A stretch of DNA of 63,575 bases, the filler included. It is 6 parts of 6 records of this genome, joined end to end, with 100 filler letters (N's around TTAATTAATTAA, not from the genome) between each part and the next. Parts side by side here need not be neighbours in the genome. Positions count along the whole stretch, not along the records: positions 7,366 to 31,416 come from DRR378314_1055; positions 31,517 to 39,284 come from DRR378314_1056; 4 more parts are not named here. The stretch is one strand, 5' to 3'. Shown here one piece after another: positions 25,634-36,718 of this stretch. The notes under the pieces are model-generated. The model saw nothing but the letters and a program-made list of their open reading frames with translations, was not told the DNA's origin and did not search any database. The position numbers and the translations under genes are program-made. How positions within the stretch are numbered: position 1 is the stretch's first letter; every line of letters starts with the position of its first letter.

Positions 25634-26952
25634 GCTTCTAGGTCTTGCTGTTCCCGCCACGCCATTATCTCACCAAAGCGTTTCTCCTGACCAAAGACGC
25701 TCGGTTCATAAAATCGTGTTTTAGGTACGTCATCAGGCCAACAGTCATGAGCGCTGCCAGCAGGGTAACCATAGGTTTCGTTATGCGCGTAGCGATAACC
25801 TTGGCCATGTCCTAACTGCTCCATCAATTTGGTGGGAGCGTTACGAAGATAGCTGGGAACTTCCAGCTGTGGTTGCTGCTGCACAAACTGCTGTGCAGTT
25901 TTCCAGGCACGATCAATACGATTACTTTTTGGAGCAACCGCTAAATGAATAGCGGCGTGGGCAATCGCCCGCTGGCCCTCATAATCGCCTAAACGTAAGT
26001 AGGCATCCCAGGCAGCAATGACCAGGGGCAGTGCTCGAGGGTCAGCATTTCCTACATCTTCTGAGGCAATCGCCGTTAAGCGGCGCACAATATCAAGCGG
26101 GTCGCCGCCGCCCTGTAAAAAGCGTGCCATATACAGCAGAGCCGAATCAGGGCGTGATGAGCGAATTGATTTATGAACGGCTGATAATAAATCGTAATAA
26201 GCGTCACCCTGCTTATCAAAGGCGCTTGATTGATGACCTACCACATCGGCTAGCACCGCTTTGTGCAGCACCTCTTTATCACCATGCTGTTCAGTAAAGT
26301 CGCAGGCCGTTTCTAGTAGTCCCAGCGCGCGACGTGCGTCGCCTGCACTGGCATGAGCAAGTGCCTCTAATACTCCCTCTTCCATCTCGATGCGGCGCTT
26401 CCCCAGGCCATGCTCCGCATCGTTTAATGCTTGAGATAACACCTGGAGAAGTTCGTCATGGCTCAGCGGTTTAAGTACATACACCCGAGCACGGGAAAGT
26501 AGCGCCGAGTTGACCTCAAATGAGGGGTTTTCTGTTGTTGCGCCGATCAGTGTTAGCAGGCCGGACTCCACATGGGGCAGCAATGCGTCCTGTTGACTCT
26601 TGTTCAAACGGTGGATTTCATCTAAGAATAGAAGTGTGGGCGATGTGCGTTGCTGTGCTCGCTCTACTGCTGAACGGATTTCTTTCACACCGGCCATGAC
26701 GGCACTTAAATGCTCAAGATGAGCGCCAGAAGCGCGGGCTAGTAACTCTGCTAGCGTGGTTTTGCCAACGCCAGGTGGCCCCCATAAAATCATTGAACGC
26801 ACGACCCCAGACTCCGCCATTCGGCGTAGCGGTTTTTCAGGCCCCACTAATGCTTGCTGGCCGACGTAATCGTTAAGGGTTAGAGGGCGCATACGGTAGG
26901 CAAGGGGCACGTCTTCACTCGTGGTAACGGACGCGCGGTCAAAAAGATCCAT
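25618..26952 (-). CDS. rarA: Replication-associated recombination protein A (MgsA/RarA AAA+ ATPase)
   Basis: [65 protein letters not shown]; start taken at ATG 26952. Confidence 0.96.
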   Translation of the reverse strand: MDLFDRASVTTSEDVPLAYRMRPLTLNDYVGQQALVGPEKPLRRMAESGVVRSMILWGPPGVGKTTLAELLARASGAHLEHLSAVMAGVKEIRSAVERAQQRTSPTLLFLDEIHRLNKSQQDALLPHVESGLLTLIGATTENPSFEVNSALLSRARVYVLKPLSHDELLQVLSQALNDAEHGLGKRRIEMEEGVLEALAHASAGDARRALGLLETACDFTEQHGDKEVLHKAVLADVVGHQSSAFDKQGDAYYDLLSAVHKSIRSSRPDSALLYMARFLQGGGDPLDIVRRLTAIASEDVGNADPRALPLVIAAWDAYLRLGDYEGQRAIAHAAIHLAVAPKSNRIDRAWKTAQQFVQQQPQLEVPSYLRNAPTKLMEQLGHGQGYRYAHNETYGYPAGSAHDCWPDDVPKTRFYEPSVFGQEKRFGEIMAWREQQDLEADQAP

Positions 26953-27206
26953 ATAAACGTTCCCTATAAATTTCCAGCGTAAATCTTGCCGTTGAACAAT
27001 CAACGATTAACACGTGTCTGTGGTAAATAATGTAACGTCGGGCTACCTTTGGGCATAACCGACGGATAAGCGCCTGCTTGCCTAGGTAATGCCAAAGGCG
27101 CATGGTAACGATTAACACCAGTGTAGTTGAACCCAGCTCATGCCATGCGCCTAAGCGTTAGCAGGCAATGGGCGAAAGGTAAGGCACTTACAAAGGAGAC
27201 GGCAAG

Positions 27207-27752
27207 ATGTTAAACCAACTGCGTCTAGATCATGCCAACATGGCGCGAATGCTCCATGTGTTGCAACTGAAACAAAAAACACTCGCGAGCGGTGAACGGC
27301 CCGACTTCCAGTTGATGCGTGAGGTGGTGGACTACATTTTGTCTTATATGGATGGTTTTGCTTCTCCGCTGGAAAAAATCTGCGTGGAACGTCTGCAGAA
27401 GCAGGCCCCTGAGCACCTTCCATTGATGGAGCAGATGGCCAGTGACTATCGTAAATTAAAGCCACGTCTGTCTCGTTTATCCAATGATATCGACATGATT
27501 CTAATGGATAACGTGCTCCCCATGGATATTTTTGCAGAGGCGTTGAAAGCGTACCTTGATGCCCACCGTGCCTATCTCCGTCATGAGAGAGAGGGCCTGT
27601 TCCCATTGATAGATGAGCATTTCAGCGAAGAGGATATGGAGGAGCTTCGTCAAGCGCTACCTGAGGGGGCTGAAAAAGAGCTAGAGCGCCTCCAGCAAGC
27701 GTACCCCGAACTTTACGCTGAATTGCGTGGTGCCGAAGTGCCACCAATGTAG
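27207..27752 (+). CDS. Hemerythrin/HHE-fold protein with degenerate metal ligands
   Basis: LRLDHANMARML...PDFQLMREVVDYI...IDMILMDNVLP...HEREGLFP follows the proteobacterial hemerythrin-domain pattern; AAGGAG RBS upstream. Confidence 0.75.
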   Translation: MLNQLRLDHANMARMLHVLQLKQKTLASGERPDFQLMREVVDYILSYMDGFASPLEKICVERLQKQAPEHLPLMEQMASDYRKLKPRLSRLSNDIDMILMDNVLPMDIFAEALKAYLDAHRAYLRHEREGLFPLIDEHFSEEDMEELRQALPEGAEKELERLQQAYPELYAELRGAEVPPM

Positions 27753-27777
27753 CGCGTAAGCTGATCACTCAAGGTGT

Positions 27778-27810
27778 AACGGGGCGTGTTAGACTAACGC
27801 CCCGTTTTTT
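27778..27810 (+). terminator. Rho-independent terminator
   Basis: Stem AACGGGGCGT / ACGCCCCGTT followed by a T-run. Confidence 0.8.
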
Positions 27811-27865
27811 ATTGGCGGCTTGAGGAGGGTGGCATGTACAACGCGTATTGGATGGTTAAGCAGTG

Positions 27866-28663
27866 ATGTCAGGGCCTGTACTACTGTTTGATTCAGGTGT
27901 GGGTGGCCTTTCTGTTGCCCATGCGCTTCGCCAGCATTACCCGCATCTGGCAATGTGCTATGCCTGTGATAATGCGTGGCTACCCTATGGTCTACGTGAT
28001 GATGTGACGCTCTCCCAGCGTATTGTCTCGGTATGCAAAGCGGCCGTAGATGCCTGTCAGGCGAGTGTCTTGGTCGTTGCCTGTAATACCGCTAGCACTC
28101 TAGCGTTAGAGGGATTGCGTGCAGCGTTAGATATTCCGGTTGTTGGAACGGTGCCTGCTATCAAGCCTGCTGCGTTGAGTAGTCAGACACGTCACATTGG
28201 CTTGCTCGCCACAGCGGCGACCGTCAATAGGCCGTATACGCAGACGTTAATTAATAGTTTCGCGAGTGACTGTGTGATCACCAGGGTGGCAGCAGGTGAG
28301 CTTGTTACAGAGGCGGAAGCGTGGCTATCCGGCATACCGATTAACCAGCAGCGCATAAACCTAGCGCTAACACCTCTATGGCAGGCTACCCAGACCAACC
28401 CAGCACTCGATACGGTTGTGCTGGGCTGTACCCATTTTCCTCTGTTGAAAACTGAGCTAATCCGGCTATCGCCGGTACCTTTGGTGTGGGTAGATTCTGG
28501 CGATGCAATTGCCCGCCGGGTAGGGCAAGTGGCACCGACCATAGCCAATAGCGCCCAAGATGGGCGTTGCTTCACGACAGCATCAGCGTCGCAACTGACT
28601 AACGGGTTGGCACGCTTTGGTTTTCACGCGCCACAACGATTAACGATTCCTAACGCGGTGTAG
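27866..28663 (+). CDS. murI: Glutamate racemase
   Basis: FDSGVGGLSV, ACNTAS, PVVGTVPAIKPA, VLGCTHFP, VDSGDAIARRV. Confidence 0.96.
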   Translation: MSGPVLLFDSGVGGLSVAHALRQHYPHLAMCYACDNAWLPYGLRDDVTLSQRIVSVCKAAVDACQASVLVVACNTASTLALEGLRAALDIPVVGTVPAIKPAALSSQTRHIGLLATAATVNRPYTQTLINSFASDCVITRVAAGELVTEAEAWLSGIPINQQRINLALTPLWQATQTNPALDTVVLGCTHFPLLKTELIRLSPVPLVWVDSGDAIARRVGQVAPTIANSAQDGRCFTTASASQLTNGLARFGFHAPQRLTIPNAV

Positions 28664-28720
28664 TCCCTCTGTTAGGCTGTTTGTTTTTATTGATGTTATT
28701 TACTTAAATGAGGAACTACC

Positions 28721-29833
28721 TTGGCGATCCCCACTGTAGAACCAGAACGCTACGCCGAACAACTCGCTGACAAGCAAGCCTACGTGGAGAAAACCTTTGC
28801 AGCGTTCACCACGCCCACGCTTGAAGTCTATCCCTCACCGCCAAGCCACTATCGGCAACGCTGCGAATTTCGTATTTGGCATGAAGATGATGACCTCTTC
28901 TACGCCATGTTTGAGGTCGATTCGGATAATCCCAAAAACAAGCGTGTCGTGCGTTTGGATCAGTTCCCCGTCGCCAGTGAGCATATCAATGCGCTGATGC
29001 CGCGTCTGCGAGAAGCGTTCCTTGCCAGCGATGAACTTCGTCGGCGCTTATTTCAAGTTGAGTTTTTAACCACGTTGTCTGGTGAAGCCTTGGTGACGCT
29101 GATCTACCACCGCCCGTTAGGCGAGGCCTGGGAAGCCGAAGCGCGCGCACTGGAAGAGGCGCTTGGCATCATGATTATTGGCCGTTCGCGCAAGCAGCGC
29201 TTGGTGCTAACCCGAGATCATGTGTGGGAGCGCTTAACAGTTGATGGTCGTGAGCTGGTTTATCAGCAGGTCGAAAACAGCTTTACTCAGCCAAATGCGC
29301 ATATCTGCCAGACCATGCTTAGCTGGGCCAGGGAGGCCACCGCTGGACGGCAGGATGAAGACTTGGTGGAGCTTTACTGTGGTAACGGTAACTTTACCAT
29401 TGCGTTAGCGGATAACTTCCGCCGCGTTTTAGCGACGGAAATTTCGCGCACCTCGGTTGCCAGCGCTAACGTCAATCTGGACGCTAACGGTGTAACCAAT
29501 GCTCAGGTCGTAAGAATGTCCGCTGAAGAGTTCGCCTTGGCGCTAAAGGGCGAGAAAACAGGTCGCCGAGTGACGGAGATGGCGTTGGATGCGTATGAGT
29601 TTTCCACCGTGCTAGTCGATCCACCAAGAGCGGGTCTGGACGCCGAAAGTTGTCATCAAATCAGCGAATACGCTCAAATCGTCTATATTTCATGCAATCC
29701 GGCAACGCTAGCTGAAAACTTAACCATACTGACTCAAACACACCATATTGAACGGTTCGCGCTTTTTGATCAGTTTCCGTTTACCGAGCATTGTGAATGC
29801 GGTGTATTACTCACACGAAAGAGCGCTGGGTAA
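28721..29833 (+). CDS. trmA: tRNA m5U54 methyltransferase
   Basis: HYRQRCEFRIWH, QVENSFTQPN, ELYCGNGNFT, VDPPRAGLD, YISCNP, FDQFPFT.H.E; TTG start with GAGG RBS. Confidence 0.95.
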   Translation: MAIPTVEPERYAEQLADKQAYVEKTFAAFTTPTLEVYPSPPSHYRQRCEFRIWHEDDDLFYAMFEVDSDNPKNKRVVRLDQFPVASEHINALMPRLREAFLASDELRRRLFQVEFLTTLSGEALVTLIYHRPLGEAWEAEARALEEALGIMIIGRSRKQRLVLTRDHVWERLTVDGRELVYQQVENSFTQPNAHICQTMLSWAREATAGRQDEDLVELYCGNGNFTIALADNFRRVLATEISRTSVASANVNLDANGVTNAQVVRMSAEEFALALKGEKTGRRVTEMALDAYEFSTVLVDPPRAGLDAESCHQISEYAQIVYISCNPATLAENLTILTQTHHIERFALFDQFPFTEHCECGVLLTRKSAG

Positions 29834-30030
29834 TTGAGAAATTGCCGATAATGCTTAAGAGCTCTTGTCAATAGTGCTTATGATGCATAAGCGGCATACA
29901 CCATGAATAACCTGTCAGATGGTTAGGGGGATAAGCAACGGTAGCGTAAGCTAGTGGATAGTGTGGCCTAAAGGCCTATTGTCCTTCGTTTTTTGGCCTA
30001 AATTGTGGCCCCAGGCAGTCGAGGTGATGG

Positions 30031-31416
30031 ATGCATTACGTTGCGATTGAAGAGAGTCGGCGGGATCTTTTGAAGCAGCTACAAGAGCGATTGGATGCGC
30101 GACTGGAGCCGGAGCGAGCGGCAGATGTCGAAGCCTTTGCTCGCCACTTCTACGCCACGGTACCCGTTGAAGACTTGGTTGACCGGCGTTTAGACGACTT
30201 GTATGGGGCCACACTGTCGATTTGGCAGTTTTTACAGCATCACGATCCCAAAAATCCCAAGGTGCGCATCTTCAATCCCGACTTTGAAGAGCATGGCTGG
30301 CAGTCAACCCACACCTTCGTTGCCGTTTTGCACGAAGATATGCCATTTTTGGTTGACTCGGTACGGATAGAGCTTAATCGTCGCGGACTGACGGTTCACG
30401 CTATTCAGAACGCTGTGCTTGCCGTGGCGCGTGATAGTCAGCATCAGCTCAAAGCACTTGCCTCGCCAAGAGATGAAGATGCGCCTGAGGCGCGTGAGTC
30501 GCTGATGGTCATTGAAGTGGATCGCCACTCGGATCCTGAATCGCTGACCAAAATTGAGAATAAGTTACATGAAGTGCTACGTGATGTTAGAACCGCCGTC
30601 AGCGATTTTGACGAGATGTGCGGTCAAATCACGTCGGCTATTCAAGAGTTAGAGAAAAACTGCCCCCCGCAAATTGATCCTGACGATCATGAAGAGGCCA
30701 TCGCGTTTTTAGAGTGGCTGCTCAAAGACAACTTTACCTTCCTGGGTTACGACGAGTATCTGCTGGAAGGCAAAGAGCTGCAGCGCGATCCTAATAGTGT
30801 TCTGGGGGTTTTCCGCCTTGATCAGCCGCGTTACCGCGAGCGTATCCGCACTGAAGAGGGGGTTGATGAAAATGGCGACTACGTGCTGGTACCCCAGCTA
30901 CTGTCGTTTGCTAAAAGCGCGCATCACTCCCGAGTGCATCGCCCCACATACCCAGACTATATTACCGTTGATCGCTACGACGACGACGGCAATGTGATCG
31001 GCGAGCGGCGCTTCTTTGGCTTGTTCACATCTACGGTTTATAACGAATCGCCACGCAATATTCCGCTGCTGCGTCGCAAGTTGAAAGCGGTGATGGATAT
31101 TGCCGGGTTTAACCCCCAGGGGCATAACGGCAAACAGCTGTTGCAAGTGTTGGAAGTGTATCCGCGTGATGACCTATTCCAGATCAGCACCGAATCCCTG
31201 GCCAGCACCTCACTCGGTATTCTTAATATCCGCGAACGCCGCCAAGTGCGCTTGTTTATTCGCGCGGACGTCAGCGGTAAGTTCTACTCTTGCTTAGTCT
31301 TTGTTCCAAGAGATGTGTTCTCTACCGACCTGCGCCAGCGCATACAAACGATGCTATGCGATGAGCTAGACGCTCATTTTGGCGACTTTAACACCTATTT
31401 GTCAGAGTCGGTTTTA
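30031..31416 (+). CDS. gdhB: Large NAD-specific glutamate dehydrogenase, N-terminal part (truncated at contig end)
   Basis: VRIFNPDFEEHGWQSTHT, DMPFLVDSV, NFTFLGYDEY, SRVHRP.YPDY, GERRFFGLFTS, LEVYPRDDLFQ. Confidence 0.92.
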
Positions 31417-31516
31417 NNNNNNNNNNNNNNNNNNNNNNNNNNNNNNNNNNNNNNNNNNNNTTAATTAATTAANNNNNNNNNNNNNNNNNNNNNNNNNNNN
31501 NNNNNNNNNNNNNNNN
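31417..31516. other. Artificial contig linker
   Basis: 44 N + TTAATTAATTAA + 44 N. Confidence 0.98.
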
Positions 31517-31540
31517 TGTGTTGTGTTGTGTTGTGTTGTG
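31517..31540 (+). repeat. (TTGTG)n microsatellite at the contig start
   Basis: tgtg ttgtg ttgtg ttgtg ttgtg; may explain the assembly break. Confidence 0.8.
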
Positions 31541-31717
31541 TTTGTTCAGGTTTTTTTCGCTGCGCCCTTGCCCTACGACAGCGTGTGCCATGTGTTCTTT
31601 TTGCCTTCGTAGCGCGGCTGTAGTGATCTTCCGGGCTCTGCAGCCCGAGCGATCCGCAGGGCACCTGCGCTCTTGCTTGCTTCGCTGACAGGCTGCGTGT
31701 TTTCGGCTGGGCTGCAG

Positions 31718-31819
31718 GACCTCAAATTTGGCGCTGGTGATGGAAACCTTAACTACTACCTGTACAACTGGCAGTGTCCGGTCATTCCGTCTAACAAGCT
31801 TGGTCTTGTCCTCACGTAG
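31718..31819 (+). CDS. NMT: Glycylpeptide N-myristoyltransferase, last coding exon (missing from the ORF track)
   Basis: After acceptor ...gctgcag the exon reads [33 protein letters not shown], matching the NMT C-terminal signature KFGxGDGxLxYYLYNW...GLVL. Confidence 0.92.
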   Translation, partial: DLKFGAGDGNLNYYLYNWQCPVIPSNKLGLVLT

Positions 31820-33027
31820 CTTGCACGGCAAGAGTACGCGCGCGTGCATTGCAACACATATGGGCGGACGAAGCGGTCGCTCCGTTCTTCTCAGTGCGAA
31901 TCGCGACATAGTTCCCTTTCCTCAGTAAGAGATCATCTTCTCCGCGCAAACTACGTACAGAGGCGTATTTTCGAAAAAGCAGAAGGTTTGACTTTGTCTT
32001 CTGCAGCCTAACTGTGTGCCAGCATGCCTTCTGGCCCATCCTGCGCTCGGTGAAGCTACTTGCGAGCTTGGTTCGGTTTGGTGCAGCGCTCCCACTGCGC
32101 GCTCGTGTTCGGTGCGCTGCGCCGACCCCTCCGTCTCGCAACGATGCATACATGAAAAAGAAAACACCAGCCGCACGATCCTGCAAGGGATGGTCATAGA
32201 TAATGTGAACATAGACGTGCGAACCATTTGCTTGCTCTGCGACAAGGCTGTAGAACCACAGGCTGCTAGTGCACAGGCGTTGTAGGTTGGAGACCAACAG
32301 AAACGAGAATGCGACAGCGATTTCACTCTTCCTGCTGTGCACCACCTCGCTCTCTTTCCCGCCACTTATAGTACCGTCTGCCTGAGGGCATTTCTCGTCT
32401 TGCAAATGGCTTTGAGCATCACATCCGAGACTTGGATTTCGACGAAGCAACCATGTGGACCGTACGCACAATTGTTCCTAGCTGGCGGGCGCTCGCTCCG
32501 CCTGCCACGCGCGTGGCTACTGCCTTCGAGTTGCCCTAGTCTCCGGGGAGGTGCTCGGCGCCGTATTTCGCTCACAGGCGCGCCTGGGACTTGCGCGCGC
32601 TCACCCCTTCCCTTCACGCCCGAGTCGACTCCCGCCGCCCGCCCGCGCCACAAACGCGGTGCAACAGGTTCCGTGTCGCATACCACACTCTTGACGGCCA
32701 GTGCATCCGACGCGTGACAGCGGATCTTGCATCGCGTTAGTTTCTTTCTCATTCCTGCCCACAGGAAGCACGGTGATTGACGAGTGCGGGGAAGATCTTG
32801 CGGCTGGTTGACAGCTTGGGTATCCGCAGGAGAGTTTCTGCGATAGCGCCGGGGCAAGGTCGCGTGGGACTGCAATTGTGCCGCGCCCACAAGGCCCCTT
32901 GCGCCCGCGCTCGCACGCATACGCACCTGCAAGGCAGCGATGACGATCTCTGCGCGAGAAACCAAAGCGATGCATGGTGCTGAGCCAAGCATGCGCCCCA
33001 GCAGTAACCCTTTGGCTTGGTTTGCAG

Positions 33028-36000
33028 AACTAGCGAATCACATCCATATCGAAGAAAAGGTCGGCCGCGCCACACCGGCGGAGGCTAAAGCCGAGGCGAC
33101 GGCGTTTGTGCACCGAACTGCTGATCAGCGAGCTGCTTCCGCCGCCACAAAGCCAGCAGCAAAGAACGCAGCAACGCAGCCCGCTGCAGCGACTTTGAAA
33201 ACAAGGTACCTGCGCCCTGCATGCCTCTTCGTCGCCTTTCGCACTGGCAAAGGTGTGCCGTGAAACGACACCACTTCTGAAAAGGATATACGCTAAAGAG
33301 AGTGCAGCGACCAGGAAAATTGTTACCTGTCCACGTAACGATGTTGCTCTCCACGGCAGTAGTCCATAGTGCGCGCAGCGTAGCTCATTGTCGCCATTCC
33401 TGGCGCGCACCGTATGTTTCGCCGACGAGTGCAAGTGCACACGCTCCTCGCGTCTGCCACGCGTGTACTTTCCCTCGCCTCGCTTCCATGTGCTGCCAGC
33501 TTGCCTGCTGCTGGCATTGTGATAGCGCTGTGAAGCGGTGTAGACAAGAGCAACCCAGGCATGTACGCAAACTGGATGTATGCGTTGTCGAGCATATGAT
33601 TCGCGCCATCTCAGAGACTTTGCATGATACAGCTTTTTCTCCAGAGGAGGCAAGTCGCTGCACTTGCGCCCACAGAGCGATGGGCGCAGGCGCGTCAGTG
33701 CGCTTGTCGCCAGAGAGGGGGCGCTCTCGCCTTTGGAAAGGACACGGTCCACACTCCCCTGAAGGAGCCAGCCCTGCTGCTCCCGCAGATCGTTGCTCTC
33801 AATTCACGCCGAAGCGCGCCTGGATCTTCCCTTACCTTCCCATCCAATCGACGCGCCATTCTTAATTCTTGCATATACAAATCCAATGATTTAGATGCAT
33901 ATCTGCGCTTTACGCCCTACACTTGGCATTCGTTAGGGTGAGTGAGAAGCATTTTGGAGCTCGCACAGAGTATCTTACCGAATGCACTACGCGAAAGAGA
34001 AACTGGAGTGCTGTACAAACACTGCACAGTACGCACCCGCGCTCGTCCGTATGAACGAGCGTAGGCAACACCCAACGCCGTCGGCCTGTTAGTCAAAGGC
34101 GATAGATTGCAGCATAAATCAGCACATTAAAATTAAAATATCATGCGGTCTTGTTGCTAAGCCGATTGAAGAAGGACAGTGGGCACAAGTTGAGCCTGGC
34201 CTCACTATTGCACGGCAGCATTCCGCTCGCCACTAGGAGCAACGGGGAGGCATTGTGTACACCCTACTCGCGAGCGCGCAACACGAGGCCACCAGGACGT
34301 TGGACAGTACGCACTTATTGGTCTGCCAATCGTATCGCAAATGCGACTATCCGATTCCTACACTACGCGTCAATCGTTCTTGAAAGTTTGCATGTATATC
34401 CTGCACGCAGCAATGATCCAACACCTCTCCCTGGCGCTGCTGCGCGCGAAACTCACGAAATTCCTTCTGCCCGTGCTCGTTTCCACCCAGGCCTGCCTCA
34501 TCTCCCACGCCCAAGGCTGCTCTCTCACACAGCCAAGTCTCACAGCGCGTCGAACGAAAACGGCAGAGAATCTCGCGCAAGCAAGCTGCGGGAGCAAATT
34601 CTGCGCGTGAATCAACTGCAGACAACCGAGAGTCTGTCGGCCGCGCGAGGTCATCTGCGGGGCGACCCAGCGAACAAGCGCAAGCGCCGCAAGAACCGAT
34701 CACCACGGGCACGCCGACCAAAACATGTGTGCAGCCTACCAAGGCTACAAAATCGAGCACCAAAAGCAAGCCCACAACAAAACAAAGCAAGAAACATAAA
34801 AGTTCTTCTTCGTTTGTGGAGATGGACTCGGTTGAGAGCGTAGGTAGCACCCGCAAAGGGCACCGAACCGGGCGTGGGCTCCTCGCAAAGCACCGGAGGG
34901 AAGCGGACGTCGACACAAAGGTGAAGACAGCCGTCGCAGACACTGGGGCTGCAAAAGAGATTTCCTTGCGTACGTTTGACATGCCAACACTACGTACTTT
35001 ATCATTTGGAACATTTAATACGCAATAGAATGCTAGATTCGTTGATCAAGTGTCATGCAAAGGCATTGGCCGCCGCGCTGAAGTGATCCCTCCTGTGCGC
35101 ACATCAGGAAGCGCGCGCGCCTGGACGCAGCTATCCAAGTCGCGCTGCGCTCTTGGGCGCACAAGAGGTTTGCGGCATGTTTTGTCGCACGTCAAGCCTT
35201 TTGTATAGTATTCTGACCGGTACATCATATAACGCAGCAAAACAAATTATCAACAACGCAATCCAAAATTGGAAAATAATTCTCGCTCCAAAATCTGTTC
35301 ACTGCTAACCACGACCGCGCGACGCACACTAAGCGCATCAGCGCGACCCAGCTACGCAGCCTTGCCGCCGCGCGCCTAACCCGTCCGAACGTCACCCAGC
35401 AGCGTGTCCGCAGAACACACAGACCTTCCTCCAAGGAGGGATCACAACTGCAGCATTATTGGGTAGACCCGCAAGAAATGATGGGAAACAAGCAAACGCA
35501 GATCCCTTTCCTTTGGACGCAGCCGTGCAATCTCTCCGCGTGGAAAGCACTTTTCGCTGACAAATGTGCACGCACTCGCTCCTTGTTTTCTATTCAGCCC
35601 TGACGGCGGCCGCGGCGAAGACGCCAAAAACGTATATTCCGGGCATCTACAGTCCCCAGCGCGACGGCGAAGCTACCCTATGTGATCGTCAACCTGTACT
35701 TAAGCGCGCTTGGCGTGCGCTCAAGGACTCCCGCATTGCGCGCGAGCGCAACGAGGCAGTGATTCGTGAACTGCAGGGCGTCCAGCTGGATTTCTTGTTG
35801 GCTACTTCTCGCGCAACCCGAGTGCGGCGTGAGCGCTCAAAACTTGTTGCGCTTGCCTATGACGAGGGAACGTTTCGTTATGTCGATATTGCGCGCGTAC
35901 TGCACGAGGCAGAACCTTCCGTCACATGTTACTCCACGCAAGTGATTCACGTACTTATCCGAAACGGCCGACGATATTCCTCCGAAGACCAAGCCGGGGC

Positions 36001-36718
36001 CGAGCCAGGGCCGATGGGCGGCGAAGCCTCGGCAAGCGCCCGTGCTGGCAGTGCGAAAAAAGCGCAGCGGCGCACGCCCAGCGGCGCTACCTCCGACTCG
36101 AAAAACCACATGAAAAGTGACGTTTCAAATCCCCAAACCTCCAGAAAAAAGAGCGGCGGCGCAAGTTTTGTTCTGCAGCTCACGGAAATGCAGCGAGCCT
36201 TTGTTCAATCCGAAAAGGACCTGCTGCAATGCCGCCGGCAACGAGCTGTCAAGGTTGCCCACATGTACATTGACGAGGCATTCCAATATGTAGAAATTGC
36301 GGGCATTCTGCATTCTGTTGATGAAACCGGGCCCGAATACTCTTTGCAAGCTGTGGCGAAACTTGTCAAGACTGGTCGCGATCTCGCTCTTAGTGGAACG
36401 GTTGATGAGAAAATCACGTCTGGAATGTCGGCGGTGAAGAAACTCTCGCGTACCTGCAGCTCGTCAGCAGAGCAAAGTCAAGGGCCGCAGCCTTTGGCAC
36501 ACTCGCAGGTACAGGAAGCAGCTTCATCTTCAAAAAGCAAAACACAATTGAATATTCCATTACATTCACCGGAGCACAAGAGAAAAAAGACGCGACCGCG
36601 AAAGAGAAAACTAGGCGTTTTCGAGTCAGATACCGAGTCTGATAGTGCTCACGGGAAAGATGAGCAGGAATTGGAACAAGGAGGCACCAAGCGAGCCAAG
36701 CTGCCTTCCTCAGAATAG
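33028..36718 (+). CDS. Uncharacterised, probably nuclear protein: low-complexity N-terminal half, two tandem HTH-like repeats, basic NLS-like tail; 5' exons unresolved
   Basis: Candidate exons 33028-33205, 34491-34969 and 35598-36718 join in frame (phase 2, then phase 1). The last exon holds two ungapped 71-aa repeats and KRKKTRPRKRK. The terminal exon is better supported than the upstream joins. Confidence 0.6.

Noticed and set aside
32372-32461. Possible upstream exon (YRLPEGISRLANGFEHHIRDLDFDEATMWT) of the tandem-HTH gene
   Set aside because: The splice sites look good, but I could not find a phase-compatible path to 33028, so it is left out of the model.
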